A stretch of DNA of 61,126 bases, filler included. It is 8 parts of 8 records of this genome, joined end to end, with 100 filler letters (N's around TTAATTAATTAA, not from the genome) between each part and the next. Parts side by side here need not be neighbours in the genome. Positions count along the whole stretch, not along the records: positions 49,166 to 55,488 come from SRR31147125_16206; positions 55,589 to 61,126 come from SRR31147125_16208; 6 more parts are not named here. One strand, written 5' to 3'. The notes under the pieces are model-generated. The model saw only the letters and a program-made list of their open reading frames with translations, ran no database searches and was not told the origin of the DNA. Both the position numbers and the translations under genes were made by a program. Below, in pieces: positions 49,376 to 59,608 of the stretch. The stretch's first letter is position 1; every line of letters begins with the position of its first letter.

Positions 49376-50167
49376 ATGAAAACAGATATTTACTATTTTT
49401 CAGGAACAGGAAATTCGTTGTCTATAGCGCAAAAACTCGGTGAAAATTTAGGAAATGCCAAAATTATTTCAATTCCGTGTATTATTAACGAGAAAAGTTC
49501 GATTACAGGCGAGATTATTGGCATTGTCTGTCCGATTTATATGCACAATCTGCCTTATATAGTCATTGATTTTATAAAAAAAATAAAAGAAACAAAATAT
49601 CTGTTTATGGTTTTTGCCGGGGCTGGAGAATTAGGAATTGGTCTCAAGGCAACTAAAGAGCTGTTTGTTGCGCAAAATTTGAAATTGTCTTCATTGTTTA
49701 ATGTGCCTATGCCGAGTAATTATACTCCATATGGCGGTACTCCGGAAGAGAAACAAAAGAAATTGTTTGAAAATGCCAATAAAAAAATAAAAGACATTGT
49801 GAAAATAGTGAAAAATAAAGAAGAACATTTTGACGGCAATAATACCAGCTTTATCAAAATGTATATTCATCCCGGGATTTTCTACAAAATGGGTTATAAT
49901 CGGATTAATATATTGGATCAGTCTTTTATTGCGGATGAAAAATGTAATGGTTGTTCCATTTGCCAAAAGGTATGCCCGGTTAACAATATTACCATGAAAG
50001 AGGATAAACCGGTGTGGAATAAACAATGTCAGCAATGTTATGCATGTCTGCAGTGGTGCCCCAAAGAGTCTATTCAGGTTGGTAAAAGGACTGTTGGAGT
50101 TAAAAGATATCACAATCCAAACATTACGGTTAAAGATATAATGAGCTCTTTGACTGAACAAATATAA
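49376..50167 (+). CDS. EFR1-family flavodoxin-ferredoxin fusion
   Basis: YYFSGTGNS, MPSNY, CNGCSICQKVCP, CQQCYACLQWCP, RYHNP. Confidence 0.92.
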   Translation: MKTDIYYFSGTGNSLSIAQKLGENLGNAKIISIPCIINEKSSITGEIIGIVCPIYMHNLPYIVIDFIKKIKETKYLFMVFAGAGELGIGLKATKELFVAQNLKLSSLFNVPMPSNYTPYGGTPEEKQKKLFENANKKIKDIVKIVKNKEEHFDGNNTSFIKMYIHPGIFYKMGYNRINILDQSFIADEKCNGCSICQKVCPVNNITMKEDKPVWNKQCQQCYACLQWCPKESIQVGKRTVGVKRYHNPNITVKDIMSSLTEQI

Positions 50168-50181
50168 AGCATGGATGTCTG

Positions 50182-50321
50182 CTCCTTCCGAGCGTATCGC
50201 CGGGAAGGCATGCCTGGCGGCTCTCCCTCCAGTGCTGTTTGTTTGATATTAGCCTGTTTTTTTTTACCAAAGTGGCGGCAGAGCCTCCAGGGTGCACTCC
50301 CAGCCGGAGGCCGGGAGCGAG
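50182..50321. repeat. ~140-bp REP/MITE-like element, copy 2 (degenerate)
   Basis: Collinear with copy 1: GGCTCTCCCTCCAGTGCTGTT...GGCGGCAGAGCC...CACTCCCAG...GGGAGCGAG. Confidence 0.75.
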
Positions 50322-50329
50322 AAGACAAT

Positions 50330-50470
50330 CTTGTTCCCAACGTCCCGCTGGGAATGTATTTTGGGAGGCTCTGCCTCCAGTGCTGTTGGTCCATACTTTA
50401 GGAAGTGCTTTTATTAAAGAGGGGCGGCGGAGCCACTAGGGAACACTCCCAGACGGAGACTGGGAGCGAG
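50330..50470. repeat. ~140-bp REP/MITE-like element, copy 3
   Basis: CTTGTTCCCAACGTCCCGCTGGGAATG...GGAGGCTCTGCCTCCAGTG...GGCGGCGGAGCCAC...GAGACTGGGAGCGAG. Confidence 0.8.
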
Positions 50471-50581
50471 GAAAAAAGTAATAACAGATTGATGAACAAA
50501 TCAACTCAAACAAGTGTTTATATTTAATAGGATTTCATCTGCCTATTCAGAAAGTGCTGTTTCATAACCAGGAGAAAAGTC

Positions 50582-53251
50582 ATGCAACGATATGTACTTT
50601 TAATATGCCTGTTGTTATCGTACAGTACCTCGGTTGCTCAATCGCCCAAAAAAGATGTTGAGCTCCGCGAAAATATGATCCTGCGAAAAGCACAACATTA
50701 TCAGCAAATGAAAATGTGCGAGCAACAGATTACGTCCAATCAACAGGATTATGATGTTATTTACTATTCCCTTGATCTCACCCCTGACCCTATAACGGCT
50801 CATCTTACGGGTATTGTTGACGTCGCAGGAAAAGTGACAGCCCCAACGTTAGACCGAGTCGAATTGAATTTTTGGGATGGCATGTCCATTACGAATATTT
50901 ATCACTCCGACAATCCCGGTGTTACACTCAATTTTGAGAGGCAACATGATTTACTCACGATAAATCTGGATAACGTCTATGTGCAAGACGATTTATTCAA
51001 TTTAACGATTGAATATAACGGCCGTCCGCAGGAATCGATTTACCAGTCTTTTACGTTCGATACATACAATGGTCATCCGATGATCTGGACAATGAGTTCC
51101 GTTTTTGGTGCGCGTGCATGGTGGCCCTGCAAAGACGTACCATCAGACAAACCGGATTCCGTGGACATTCGGGTGACTGTACCCGGCAATTTGATTGTCG
51201 CATCTAATGGTTCATTGCAACAGAGAATTACGACCGACAACAAAACAACCTACTGGTGGCATGAAAAATATCCCATAGCAACGTATCTGGTCTTTTTAGC
51301 CATCCACCCCTATGACGTGTTTTATGATTTATATATCTACAACAGTGGCGCTGATACGATGGATATTCATTTTTACAGCTTTGCGGGTAATTATAACGCC
51401 AATTTTCGCATAAATAACAAGGTCAAGGATATGCTGGGTTGTTTCTCCGATCTGTTTGGAGAATACCCGTTTGTGGATGAAAAATATGGTCAGGCTGACT
51501 ATTTATGGGGAGGTGGAATGGAGCACCAGACCTGTACGACATATGGCCGCTGGGATGAAACATTATTTGCACATGAAATAGCACATCAATGGTGGGGGGA
51601 TATGATCACCTGCGATAGTTTTCATCATATCTGGTTAAACGAAGGTTTTGCCTCCTATAGTGAAGCGTTATGGTATGAATATGCTTATCCGCCTTTTACG
51701 GCAAGCGAGTATCAGATGATGTATCAGTTGTATTTAGGTCCTGGTACTGTGTATGTAGAAAATCCGCAATATGAGAACATATTTGACAGCGGTCTCAGCT
51801 ATGTGAAAGGATCCTGGGTATTACACATGTTGAGACATGTCGTGGGAGATAATGACTTTTTTGATATCCTCAAGACTTACTATAATTCGCCTGAGAACAA
51901 ATATGGAACGGCCACAACAGAAGGATTTCAGGCCATTTGTGAGCAGGTTTCCGGTATGGATCTGGACAAATTCTTTTATCAGTGGATATATGAAGAATAT
52001 TTTCCACGCTATTCCTTTTCATGGAATTGGGTGCCAAATGGATCGGATTATGATATAAATCTGGAGATCCGACAGGAGCAGACAAATTATACCTTTTGGA
52101 TGCCGATTGATATTACGGTAACCACAACAGATGGTCAACAAAATTTTATCGTCTGGGACAGCCTGGAGACACAGACATTTCGCCTGACAACATCTTCCGA
52201 ACCATTAAATCTGGAACTCGATAAGAATAATTGGATTTTAAAACTCGTACCGGAAAAAATCGTAAATCCGACATTTGATCGGGGTGTTTTGTTGGTAAAT
52301 GGGGTCTCGTTTGATACATATGGCGATGAGATTCGCAATAGCTATCAAAGCCGGGCATTCTGGGGTAATTTTGCTATCACATTCTGGGATTGTTTTAATC
52401 CTCCCCAGGAAGGCTATCCACCAACCCTGCCGGAGCCGCTTGGGCATGGTAAAGTGCCTGCGGATATTTTGGGCCAATTTTCAACCGTTATCTGGGTCGG
52501 CAATGATTATGGCGGTGACCTTGGTTCCTGGCAACTCACTTCGATTTTACCCTATTTGCAGGCAGGTGGAAATCTGTTACTTTTGACCCGAAAAGGGCAG
52601 GATTATATTAATTCCGAACTGCAGGACTATCTTGGCATAACATGGGCTCAATATCCTTTGTCGACAATCAATAATTGTGTAGCCGTGATATCCGGGCTGA
52701 CAGATATGACTTTAACCGGTTATCAGAGTTATAATGCCGTGTTTGAAACAGCTTTTGCGCATAACCAAAGCACACTTTTATTCCAGGAGACCGCCTCTTT
52801 TAGTGAGCCACGGGGCCTGGGTGTCTGGTGCAATCCTTCAGAGGGAGGACAATTTGTTTTTATCAGTGGTAGACCTTATCGTTACGATGCGACACAATTA
52901 CGTGCTAATGTGGAATTTATTTTAGAATCTTTATTGCTTGAATCGAATGTACAGGGTGATGGACATCCAATCACATTCAGGCTTGATCAGAATTATCCCA
53001 ATCCCTTTAATACCTCTACTACGATCAGGTATGATTTAGCGTATGCTTCGGATGTGACAATCAAAATTTATAATATACAAGGGGAATTGGTTTATGTACT
53101 TTTGGACGATGAATCCATTGCTGGAGGATCTTACAAGATTGTCTGGGATGGAATAGATGAGAGAGGGACCAGGGTGAGTTCCGGTATTTATCTGTATGAA
53201 TTGAATATAAAGGAATCGAGTGAGACCATGAAGATGCTATTGTTGAGATGA
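50582..53251 (+). CDS. secreted M1 aminopeptidase with C-terminal FlgD-Ig/T9SS-like sorting domain
   Basis: GGMEH, HEIAH-x18-E, YVKG.W.LHMLR; QNYPNPFN...WDG....VSSGIY. Confidence 0.92.
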   Translation: MQRYVLLICLLLSYSTSVAQSPKKDVELRENMILRKAQHYQQMKMCEQQITSNQQDYDVIYYSLDLTPDPITAHLTGIVDVAGKVTAPTLDRVELNFWDGMSITNIYHSDNPGVTLNFERQHDLLTINLDNVYVQDDLFNLTIEYNGRPQESIYQSFTFDTYNGHPMIWTMSSVFGARAWWPCKDVPSDKPDSVDIRVTVPGNLIVASNGSLQQRITTDNKTTYWWHEKYPIATYLVFLAIHPYDVFYDLYIYNSGADTMDIHFYSFAGNYNANFRINNKVKDMLGCFSDLFGEYPFVDEKYGQADYLWGGGMEHQTCTTYGRWDETLFAHEIAHQWWGDMITCDSFHHIWLNEGFASYSEALWYEYAYPPFTASEYQMMYQLYLGPGTVYVENPQYENIFDSGLSYVKGSWVLHMLRHVVGDNDFFDILKTYYNSPENKYGTATTEGFQAICEQVSGMDLDKFFYQWIYEEYFPRYSFSWNWVPNGSDYDINLEIRQEQTNYTFWMPIDITVTTTDGQQNFIVWDSLETQTFRLTTSSEPLNLELDKNNWILKLVPEKIVNPTFDRGVLLVNGVSFDTYGDEIRNSYQSRAFWGNFAITFWDCFNPPQEGYPPTLPEPLGHGKVPADILGQFSTVIWVGNDYGGDLGSWQLTSILPYLQAGGNLLLLTRKGQDYINSELQDYLGITWAQYPLSTINNCVAVISGLTDMTLTGYQSYNAVFETAFAHNQSTLLFQETASFSEPRGLGVWCNPSEGGQFVFISGRPYRYDATQLRANVEFILESLLLESNVQGDGHPITFRLDQNYPNPFNTSTTIRYDLAYASDVTIKIYNIQGELVYVLLDDESIAGGSYKIVWDGIDERGTRVSSGIYLYELNIKESSETMKMLLLR

Positions 53252-53476
53252 GGACATGTAAAGGATATATAAATTAAATGATGACTCTGATGGTAAAAGT
53301 TCTGTCTAACGTGAAAACAAGAAACCTGGTTCGATATTGAGGTAGTGAGCGTTCAATAAGGTTTTCATTAACTTTCATGGTGCTCCTTCCGGGCTTTATG
53401 CTGAAATTATAAATCGCAATCCTGAAACATAATTATTTGTAAAAATCCTGCTAATGAATATTTGTGAAAGGATACT

Positions 53477-54421
53477 ATGAAAACACTCATTTTTGGTGCC
53501 GGGCCGACAGGTAGTTTGTATGCATATTTACTTGCCAAAGCAGGCAGGGATGTCACTGTCTTAGCCAGGAACCAACACTATGATTTTATTAAAGAGAATG
53601 GGATTGTCCTTGTAAACAACTTTAGTGGAGAAAAAAAATCTGTAAAAGTCAAAGTGATAGATAAATTGGGTAAAAATGAAACGTATGATCTGGTCATTGT
53701 AATCATGCGAAAAAATAAAATTCCACCTGTTTTATCTGTATTAAGTCAAAATGAGCAACTTGAGAACATACTTTTTATGGGCAATAACGCGTTTGGCTTT
53801 GAAAATTATCTGCGTTATATACCGAAAGAAAAGGTAGTATTCGGATTTCCCGGTTGTGCGGGTACAAGAGAGGAACATATTGTATATTATATTGATAGTC
53901 AAAGCCCAAATGGAAAAAGAATGCCCATAACAATTGGCGAGATAGACGGTGTAACCAGAGATAGAACAAGACGGATTATCTCCTTATTTTCAAGCGCGCA
54001 TGTCCCTGTGAAGCTTGTTGATGATATTGATGGATGGCTAAAATATCATGTCGCATTTGTGAGTCCAATGTGCAACGCCCTTTATAAACACGGTGCCAAT
54101 AATTATGAACTGGCCAGGGATAAAGATACTGTTCGGCTGTTTATTCACGCCTGTCAGGAAGGCGGCCATGTACTGAAAGCATTGGGATACCGAAAGCGTT
54201 ATCCCTTTCAGTTTAATTTATTTTACTGGCTGCCTGAATGGAGTCTGGTAAAGTTTTGGCAAAAAGCCTTTAATTCAAAATTTGCGGAATATGGATTTTC
54301 GCTCCATGCAAATAAAGCGGTTGACGAATTCAGAGAGCTCGCTTTAGATTTTAAAACACTCGCGGATAAAACAGCCATAAAAACACCCAACATTGAAAAG
54401 TTGAGAGGTTTTATCCCTTGA
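53477..54421 (+). CDS. ketopantoate reductase (PanE/ApbA) family protein
   Basis: LIFGAGPTGS, VTVLAR, WLKYH. Confidence 0.82.
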   Translation: MKTLIFGAGPTGSLYAYLLAKAGRDVTVLARNQHYDFIKENGIVLVNNFSGEKKSVKVKVIDKLGKNETYDLVIVIMRKNKIPPVLSVLSQNEQLENILFMGNNAFGFENYLRYIPKEKVVFGFPGCAGTREEHIVYYIDSQSPNGKRMPITIGEIDGVTRDRTRRIISLFSSAHVPVKLVDDIDGWLKYHVAFVSPMCNALYKHGANNYELARDKDTVRLFIHACQEGGHVLKALGYRKRYPFQFNLFYWLPEWSLVKFWQKAFNSKFAEYGFSLHANKAVDEFRELALDFKTLADKTAIKTPNIEKLRGFIP

Positions 54422-54473
54422 AAGTTTGCAAAAAGTACAGGATTAGCTCATTGGAAACGAGGCACATGACAAA

Positions 54474-54875
54474 ATGAATAAAATAATTTTAATCAAAATG
54501 CCATATTGGCTGGGCATTTTCGTAGATGCTATATGGGCCATTGCATTGATATATCCTGCTCTTTTTCGTGTTCTGACCGGATTATCTGATTTTAATCCTG
54601 ATTTGCATGTCAGGCTTGTTATGGGTATAGGCGCATCATTGATGACAGGCTGGACATTTCTTCTTATGTGGGCAGTCAGAGAACCTGTTGAGAGAAGATT
54701 TGTTATTTTCCTGACGGCTTTTCCTGTTGTATCAGGAATGTTACTACTCGCGCTTTTGGGATTTTTAGCGGGTAACACCTTTAATCTTTGGATTATAATA
54801 AAAACAACGGTATTGATTATTTTGATGATTGTCAGCTATCTGCTTGCGGGTCGGATGGATAAAGATGGGGATTGA
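54474..54875 (+). CDS. hypothetical 4-TM membrane protein
   Basis: Hydrophobic ORF with ASLMTGWTFLLMWA.R.P.ERR. Confidence 0.65.
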   Translation: MNKIILIKMPYWLGIFVDAIWAIALIYPALFRVLTGLSDFNPDLHVRLVMGIGASLMTGWTFLLMWAVREPVERRFVIFLTAFPVVSGMLLLALLGFLAGNTFNLWIIIKTTVLIILMIVSYLLAGRMDKDGD

Positions 54876-54949
54876 AAAAAAACGTCAACACATTCGTTTG
54901 TGGACTCGAAAATTAATTTAGTTGAAATATGAAACGAAAAGAGGACAAA

Positions 54950-55147
54950 ATGAGTGTTAAAATATTTTTAACTGGTTTTGTTGTTTATTTTTGTATCACA
55001 TTCGTCGTATCCATCGTTGTATCGTATTTATATAGTCATTTTGTTCATGGATCCGGCTCTATAGATTGGGGTCTGTCATTCAGAATTGGGATCATATTTG
55101 CGATTATTCTTCCTCTCGTAAATATTATAAACAAAGAGAAAAAATAG
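54950..55147 (+). CDS. small 2-TM hypothetical protein
   Basis: GAGG RBS; TM-HGSGSIDW-TM. Confidence 0.6.
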   Translation: MSVKIFLTGFVVYFCITFVVSIVVSYLYSHFVHGSGSIDWGLSFRIGIIFAIILPLVNIINKEKK

Positions 55148-55317
55148 TAACGGACAAGTGTTTCAAATAAAAATAAAGCATAATTGGAAAAATATCACCC
55201 CAGCTGATTTTACAGTTTATATGGATAAATCAAAAAGTTGAAAAGTGACACAGATTATAATCAGGAAAACCGACAGAGGATTGGTGGTTTTTTCACTAAA
55301 TAGTGAGGGCTTTTCAA

Positions 55318-55488
55318 ATGAAATACATCGTCAATAGTATTATGATTTTTTATTGTTTTGCACTTTTTCAAGAGCGATCCTATTCTCAACCCCGGTTGTC
55401 AAAAAGCGAAAATCCATATACAAATCTATCCGGAAAATATTTGGGGCAAAAACCTCCGGGGCTGGTCCCTGAAATTTTTGCTCCTGAA
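55318..55488 (+). CDS. secreted protein, probable PD40/TolB-like, 3'-partial
   Basis: Signal peptide then YLGQKPPGLVPEIFAP. Confidence 0.6.
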
Positions 55489-55588
55489 NNNNNNNNNNNN
55501 NNNNNNNNNNNNNNNNNNNNNNNNNNNNNNNNTTAATTAATTAANNNNNNNNNNNNNNNNNNNNNNNNNNNNNNNNNNNNNNNNNNNN
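55489..55588. other. artificial contig spacer
   Basis: N44-TTAATTAATTAA-N44. Confidence 0.97.
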
Positions 55589-56974
55589 AAAACTCCCTCC
55601 TCCCATTGCAAGCCCGATCCTCAGCTGGGTTTCCGCCATGTTTCCAAGAATCAGACCGATTACAAGGGGCAGGAGGGGATAATTGTCTTTTTTCATGACA
55701 CACCCGACAAGTCCAAACAGAAAAAATGTCCATACATCAAACATTCTATTGTTCAGACTATAGCACCCGACAATACAGGCAAGTGAAATGAAGGGAAGAA
55801 GCAGCCATTTGGGAACCCTCAGGGCTGCGGCAAGAATTCTTGAGGATGGGATCTGTATCATAAAGACAAGAACATTGGAGACTAAAAACGCGGCAATGAT
55901 TGTTCCGACCAGGGATATATTTTCATTGAACAGCAAAGGGCCAGGCTGGATACCGTGAATCATGAAGGCGCCAAGCATCATCATGGTTGAGGCGTCCCCT
56001 GGAATTCCAAGGGTGAGAAGAGGGATAAGTGCGCCTCCGGTGGACGCATTATTGGCTGCTTCCGAGGCGATGATCCCATCAGGATTCCCTTTTCCAAAGC
56101 TCTCCGGCTCACTGGATCCTTCTCGTGCCTTTGCATAGGCCACGACATTGGAAAGCCCTGGCCCGATTCCGGGTAATATCCCGATGCCAAGGCCTATGAG
56201 TGAGGAGCGAAGGGTGTTCCACCAGGATAGGTATATTTTTTTAAAAACCCTGGGATATAGGAACAGGGGGGCATTGTTTTTTGTGGAGAGGACTATGCCG
56301 GCAGGCCTTTCCAGCTCTGAGAGGATTTGGGGAATAGCGTAAAGTCCGATCAGGACAGGAAGAAGGGAAAACCCCGCCTCAAGCTCGACAAATCCAAAGG
56401 TAAAGCGGCTTACGCCATCACTGGGACTGGTTCCTACCAGGGCCAGCAAAAGACCGAAGACTGCGGATAAAAGGCCTTTGCTAAACGATTTTTCCGAAGC
56501 CACAATGATACAACTCAAGGTGAATACAACCAGAGAAAAATATTCATAAGGGGCAAAATGAAGTGCAATTACGGCCAGGAACGGCGCTGAAAACGCAAGG
56601 ATCAAAGCGGAAAAAACCCCTCCGAGAAAAGACGCTGACACACCAATGGCCAGTGCTTTTGATGCTTCCCCCTTTTGAGCCATGGGAAAGGCGTCAAAAG
56701 TGGTGGCAACAGAAGAGGGGGTGCCTGGAATCTTTAAAAGGGTGGCAGAGACAAGCCCGCCCGAGATCGCACCGACATATACGGCAACAAGCAGGGAGAG
56801 TGCCGTGGCTGAATCCATGCCAAAGGTTATGGGAACCAGAAGCGCAATGGCCATGGTGCTGGTGAGGCCGGGAATGGCCCCTGCCAGAAGCCCGCCAAAG
56901 GCGCCTGCAAACATGATGGCGATGCTCCCGGATGAAAAAAACCAGGCAAGGGAATCGAAAAAAGCGTTGATCAT
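55589..56974 (-). CDS. tctA: tripartite tricarboxylate transporter permease, 3'-partial
   Basis: GAIPGL, IPGTPSS..T.FD.FPM, ASEAANNA, LTLGIPG, GIQPGP; ATG 56974 overlaps tctB stop. Confidence 0.92.
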
Positions 56975-57474
56975 GGCAGAAAGACCTTTAAAACATGAGA
57001 AAAAAGCCACCAGGATGAAAGGGACAGGGCAAGGCTCCAAACCAATGCATATGAAATTTTCCATCCCCGGACGCCCATGAGAAGGGAGGCGGTAAATATA
57101 AACCCTGAAAGAACCGGGCGATATCCAAACACCGGAAGCAGAAAAATGGCAAGAGCCAGAATAGACAAAAAGATAAATTGAGATCCGGAAAACAGAGATT
57201 GCGCCCCCGCCTTTTTTCTTCCTGTAACATTCCGTCTTAAATTCACCAGGACGATTAAAAACGCGCCATAACATATCCATTGCGGAAAGACCATGGGACC
57301 CCACCCAAAGAGCGCTTTTGACTTTGAAATATAGCTTTCAGCAAGGAACGCTGCGGCAAGGGCAAATACCATAAAAGGAAGGGTGAGTCCGGAAAACGAG
57401 AGCCTGGAAAAGAAACTCCAGGCTCTCCCTGAACCCGCCGTAAACGTTTTTTCTTTATTTTGAGCGAAGTCCAT
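56971..57474 (-). CDS. tctB: tripartite tricarboxylate transporter small membrane subunit
   Basis: GPMVFP, multiple TM segments, C-terminal F..VLKVFLP; between tctC and tctA. Confidence 0.8.
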   Translation of the reverse strand: MDFAQNKEKTFTAGSGRAWSFFSRLSFSGLTLPFMVFALAAAFLAESYISKSKALFGWGPMVFPQWICYGAFLIVLVNLRRNVTGRKKAGAQSLFSGSQFIFLSILALAIFLLPVFGYRPVLSGFIFTASLLMGVRGWKISYALVWSLALSLSSWWLFSHVLKVFLP

Positions 57475-58402
57475 ATTCTTTTGCAAGCTTAAGGTATTCT
57501 TTATTATCGAACTCAAGCATCTCAATTGTTGTTTTACGATCCATGAAGCGGGGAGATATCCAGTTTTTTCCCAACTCGGTGACACATTCCGGATCTGCCA
57601 TTGCCTTTTTAAAGGCCTGTGCCAGTTTATCAAGTCTTTCAACAGGGGTCCCCTTGGGAGCAAAGGCCACATAGTTAAAATTTGCCACGCCATTGATTCC
57701 AAGCTCCAGCAGGGTGGGGTAATCACCATAAAGGGCGTTTCTTTCCTTTGCCATCACGCCGAGCATGCGAAGATCGCCTGATTTAAGATACGGGGCGGCC
57801 GCACTTACAGTCACAGTACTTGCATCCATATTTCCACCCAGCATGGCTACAATCCGGTTTTTGTCCCCGTTCATGGGAATAACCATTCCTTTAATGCCGG
57901 TATCTGCTGCTATGGAAAGATAGGCAAAATGGCTATTGACGTTGGGAGATACCCCGTATCTGATCTTTCCAGGATTGGATTTCATAAAGTCAACCAGATC
58001 CGGCATTGTCTTGAATCCGGATGATGAAGGAACCACGACGCAATTGCTGGCTTCCACTATGGCCGCCACAGGCTCAAGGACATCCCACCCGGTTTTGGAT
58101 GTGCCGGTCGCGTGGAGCATATGAAGAATCTGGTGCTGCCAGAACAATGTATACCCGTCAGGTCTCGCCTTTTGGACATGGAGCTGACCTGTCCGGCTCT
58201 GACCGCCGGAGATATTGGTTACGATGAATTTTTCCGGAAAATACCTGGACGCATACTTGGCAACGATTCTTGCTGAGATATCACTTCCTCCGCCGGGTTT
58301 AAAGGGGACCACCACCTGAACCGGTTTTCCCGGAAATGTATCGGCAAAAGCCATTGGAGCAAAGGCAAATAAAGCGAGTAAAACAACCACCATTTTTTTC
58401 AT
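57455..58402 (-). CDS. tctC: tripartite tricarboxylate transporter substrate-binding protein (Bug family)
   Basis: FPGKPVQVVVPFKPGGGSDISAR, RPDGYTL, PTLLELG, APKGTP. Confidence 0.92.
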   Translation of the reverse strand: MKKMVVVLLALFAFAPMAFADTFPGKPVQVVVPFKPGGGSDISARIVAKYASRYFPEKFIVTNISGGQSRTGQLHVQKARPDGYTLFWQHQILHMLHATGTSKTGWDVLEPVAAIVEASNCVVVPSSSGFKTMPDLVDFMKSNPGKIRYGVSPNVNSHFAYLSIAADTGIKGMVIPMNGDKNRIVAMLGGNMDASTVTVSAAAPYLKSGDLRMLGVMAKERNALYGDYPTLLELGINGVANFNYVAFAPKGTPVERLDKLAQAFKKAMADPECVTELGKNWISPRFMDRKTTIEMLEFDNKEYLKLAKEYGLRSK

Positions 58403-58528
58403 ATAAATTTCCTTTGATAATTCTTTTTAAAAAAAGCTGTACCAGTAACGACCGAAACCCTAAAGGGTGCCTCTAATGCATTAGAGGTGGCCTAAACCCC
58501 AATGTTGCATGGTACAAAAACCAGAGGG

Positions 58529-58556
58529 AATCTATAGAAAGGGGAGGGGGAGTCAA
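58529..58556 (-). promoter_or_regulatory. sigma70-type promoter candidate for tctCBA
   Basis: TTGACT-N16-TAGATT on minus strand. Confidence 0.5.
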
Positions 58557-58786
58557 AGCGATAATGCCGATGGAAAGGGGGAATGATATAGAAAATTTAA
58601 ATCCATTGAAATGTGTGAACCCGGATGCACCGGCAAGATCATGGCCGATGCCCTCCGGTTCTGAAGGGTGCGGGGCTGACTCATCTCTGTCGGGGGGCTC
58701 ATTACATCATACCCGGGCATCCTGCCACGGAATGCAGCGCCCAAAGGCAGGGTTATGGGAGCCCCCTGGTTCCGGCTCCCTTTATT

Positions 58787-59512
58787 TTAACTGCTTTGGC
58801 AGCAGAACCTGGACCATCCCATCAGGTCGGCGGCTGCCGCTACTGTTGTTCCGAAAAAGATCGTTGGTTTGTCCTTAAGCAGGAAGCGGTCAATGGTATC
58901 GTTAACGATGGTCGATCCTGTTGCAACAACCAGGTCGGCGCTTTCCATCAGGGCATCGGTCCGGTTCGGGCCTTGGATGGTAATGCCGCATTTTTGGGTT
59001 CCTATGTTATCAGGGTCAAGGTCCACAATGTCCATGTCAAATTTTTTGGAAAGGGCGTTAATCATGGCAGGCTGATAACCGATGAGGGTCAGGCGGGGGC
59101 TGCCGAAGTTTTTTTCAATATGTTCCGCCAGTTTTTCTGCACAGATTCCAGGCCCCTGGTCTTTGCAGTGGACCGTGCTGCTGGTCTGCCCCAGGCTGCG
59201 CTGGACTGCGTTGAAAGATGCCACAAAGATTGCGCGGCGGAAATTGTTTTCAAGATTCATTTTGGCAATCTCATCCAGAGAGGCGCAAAAGTTGCCGAAT
59301 CGGTCGGTGAAGGCCTGGCCTTTTGATTCTTTAAATACGGCCTCCATCAGCTTTTCCTTTCCCTTCTGCAAAGGGAAATCATCTTCTTCAGGGTTGCCGA
59401 TTGCCTCTTGGGTGGTCAGGGTGCGGGCTTTAATCTCAATGCTTTCATCAAGTATGCCTTTGGATTTCCATATATCAAAGGCTTTGGACTGGACATCTTT
59501 TAAGAGTGACAT
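58787..59512 (-). CDS. Rossmann-like DUF364 (putative metal-chelation) protein
   Basis: AIGNP...DFPL.KGKE.LMEA.F...GQAFTD, ADLVVATGSTIVN.T. Confidence 0.72.
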   Translation of the reverse strand: MSLLKDVQSKAFDIWKSKGILDESIEIKARTLTTQEAIGNPEEDDFPLQKGKEKLMEAVFKESKGQAFTDRFGNFCASLDEIAKMNLENNFRRAIFVASFNAVQRSLGQTSSTVHCKDQGPGICAEKLAEHIEKNFGSPRLTLIGYQPAMINALSKKFDMDIVDLDPDNIGTQKCGITIQGPNRTDALMESADLVVATGSTIVNDTIDRFLLKDKPTIFFGTTVAAAADLMGWSRFCCQSS

Positions 59513-59576
59513 GGTTTTTGGCTTTCTTTTTGCGGTTTAAATAAAAATTGACAGGCCGGCTGAAATACCAGGGCGG

Positions 59577-59608
59577 CCCGGTTTCTGCCCCATAGGGCAC
59601 GGCCGTTA
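59577..59608 (-). repeat. 32-bp direct repeat, copy B
   Basis: TAACGGCCGTGCCCTATGGGGCAGAAACCGGG (minus), 27/32 identical to 61031-61062. Confidence 0.7.

Noticed and set aside
53290-55488. Integron cassette array (short co-oriented genes, GTCTAAC near 53305)
   Set aside because: No matching GTTRRRY core with complementary boxes, no recurring attC between genes and no integrase.
11886-55588. Seven identical TTAATTAATTAA motifs within N-runs as a biological repeat, and any gene linkage across them
   Set aside because: Fixed N44-12mer-N44 format with stops in all frames is an artificial joiner; flanking contigs differ in composition and gene content.
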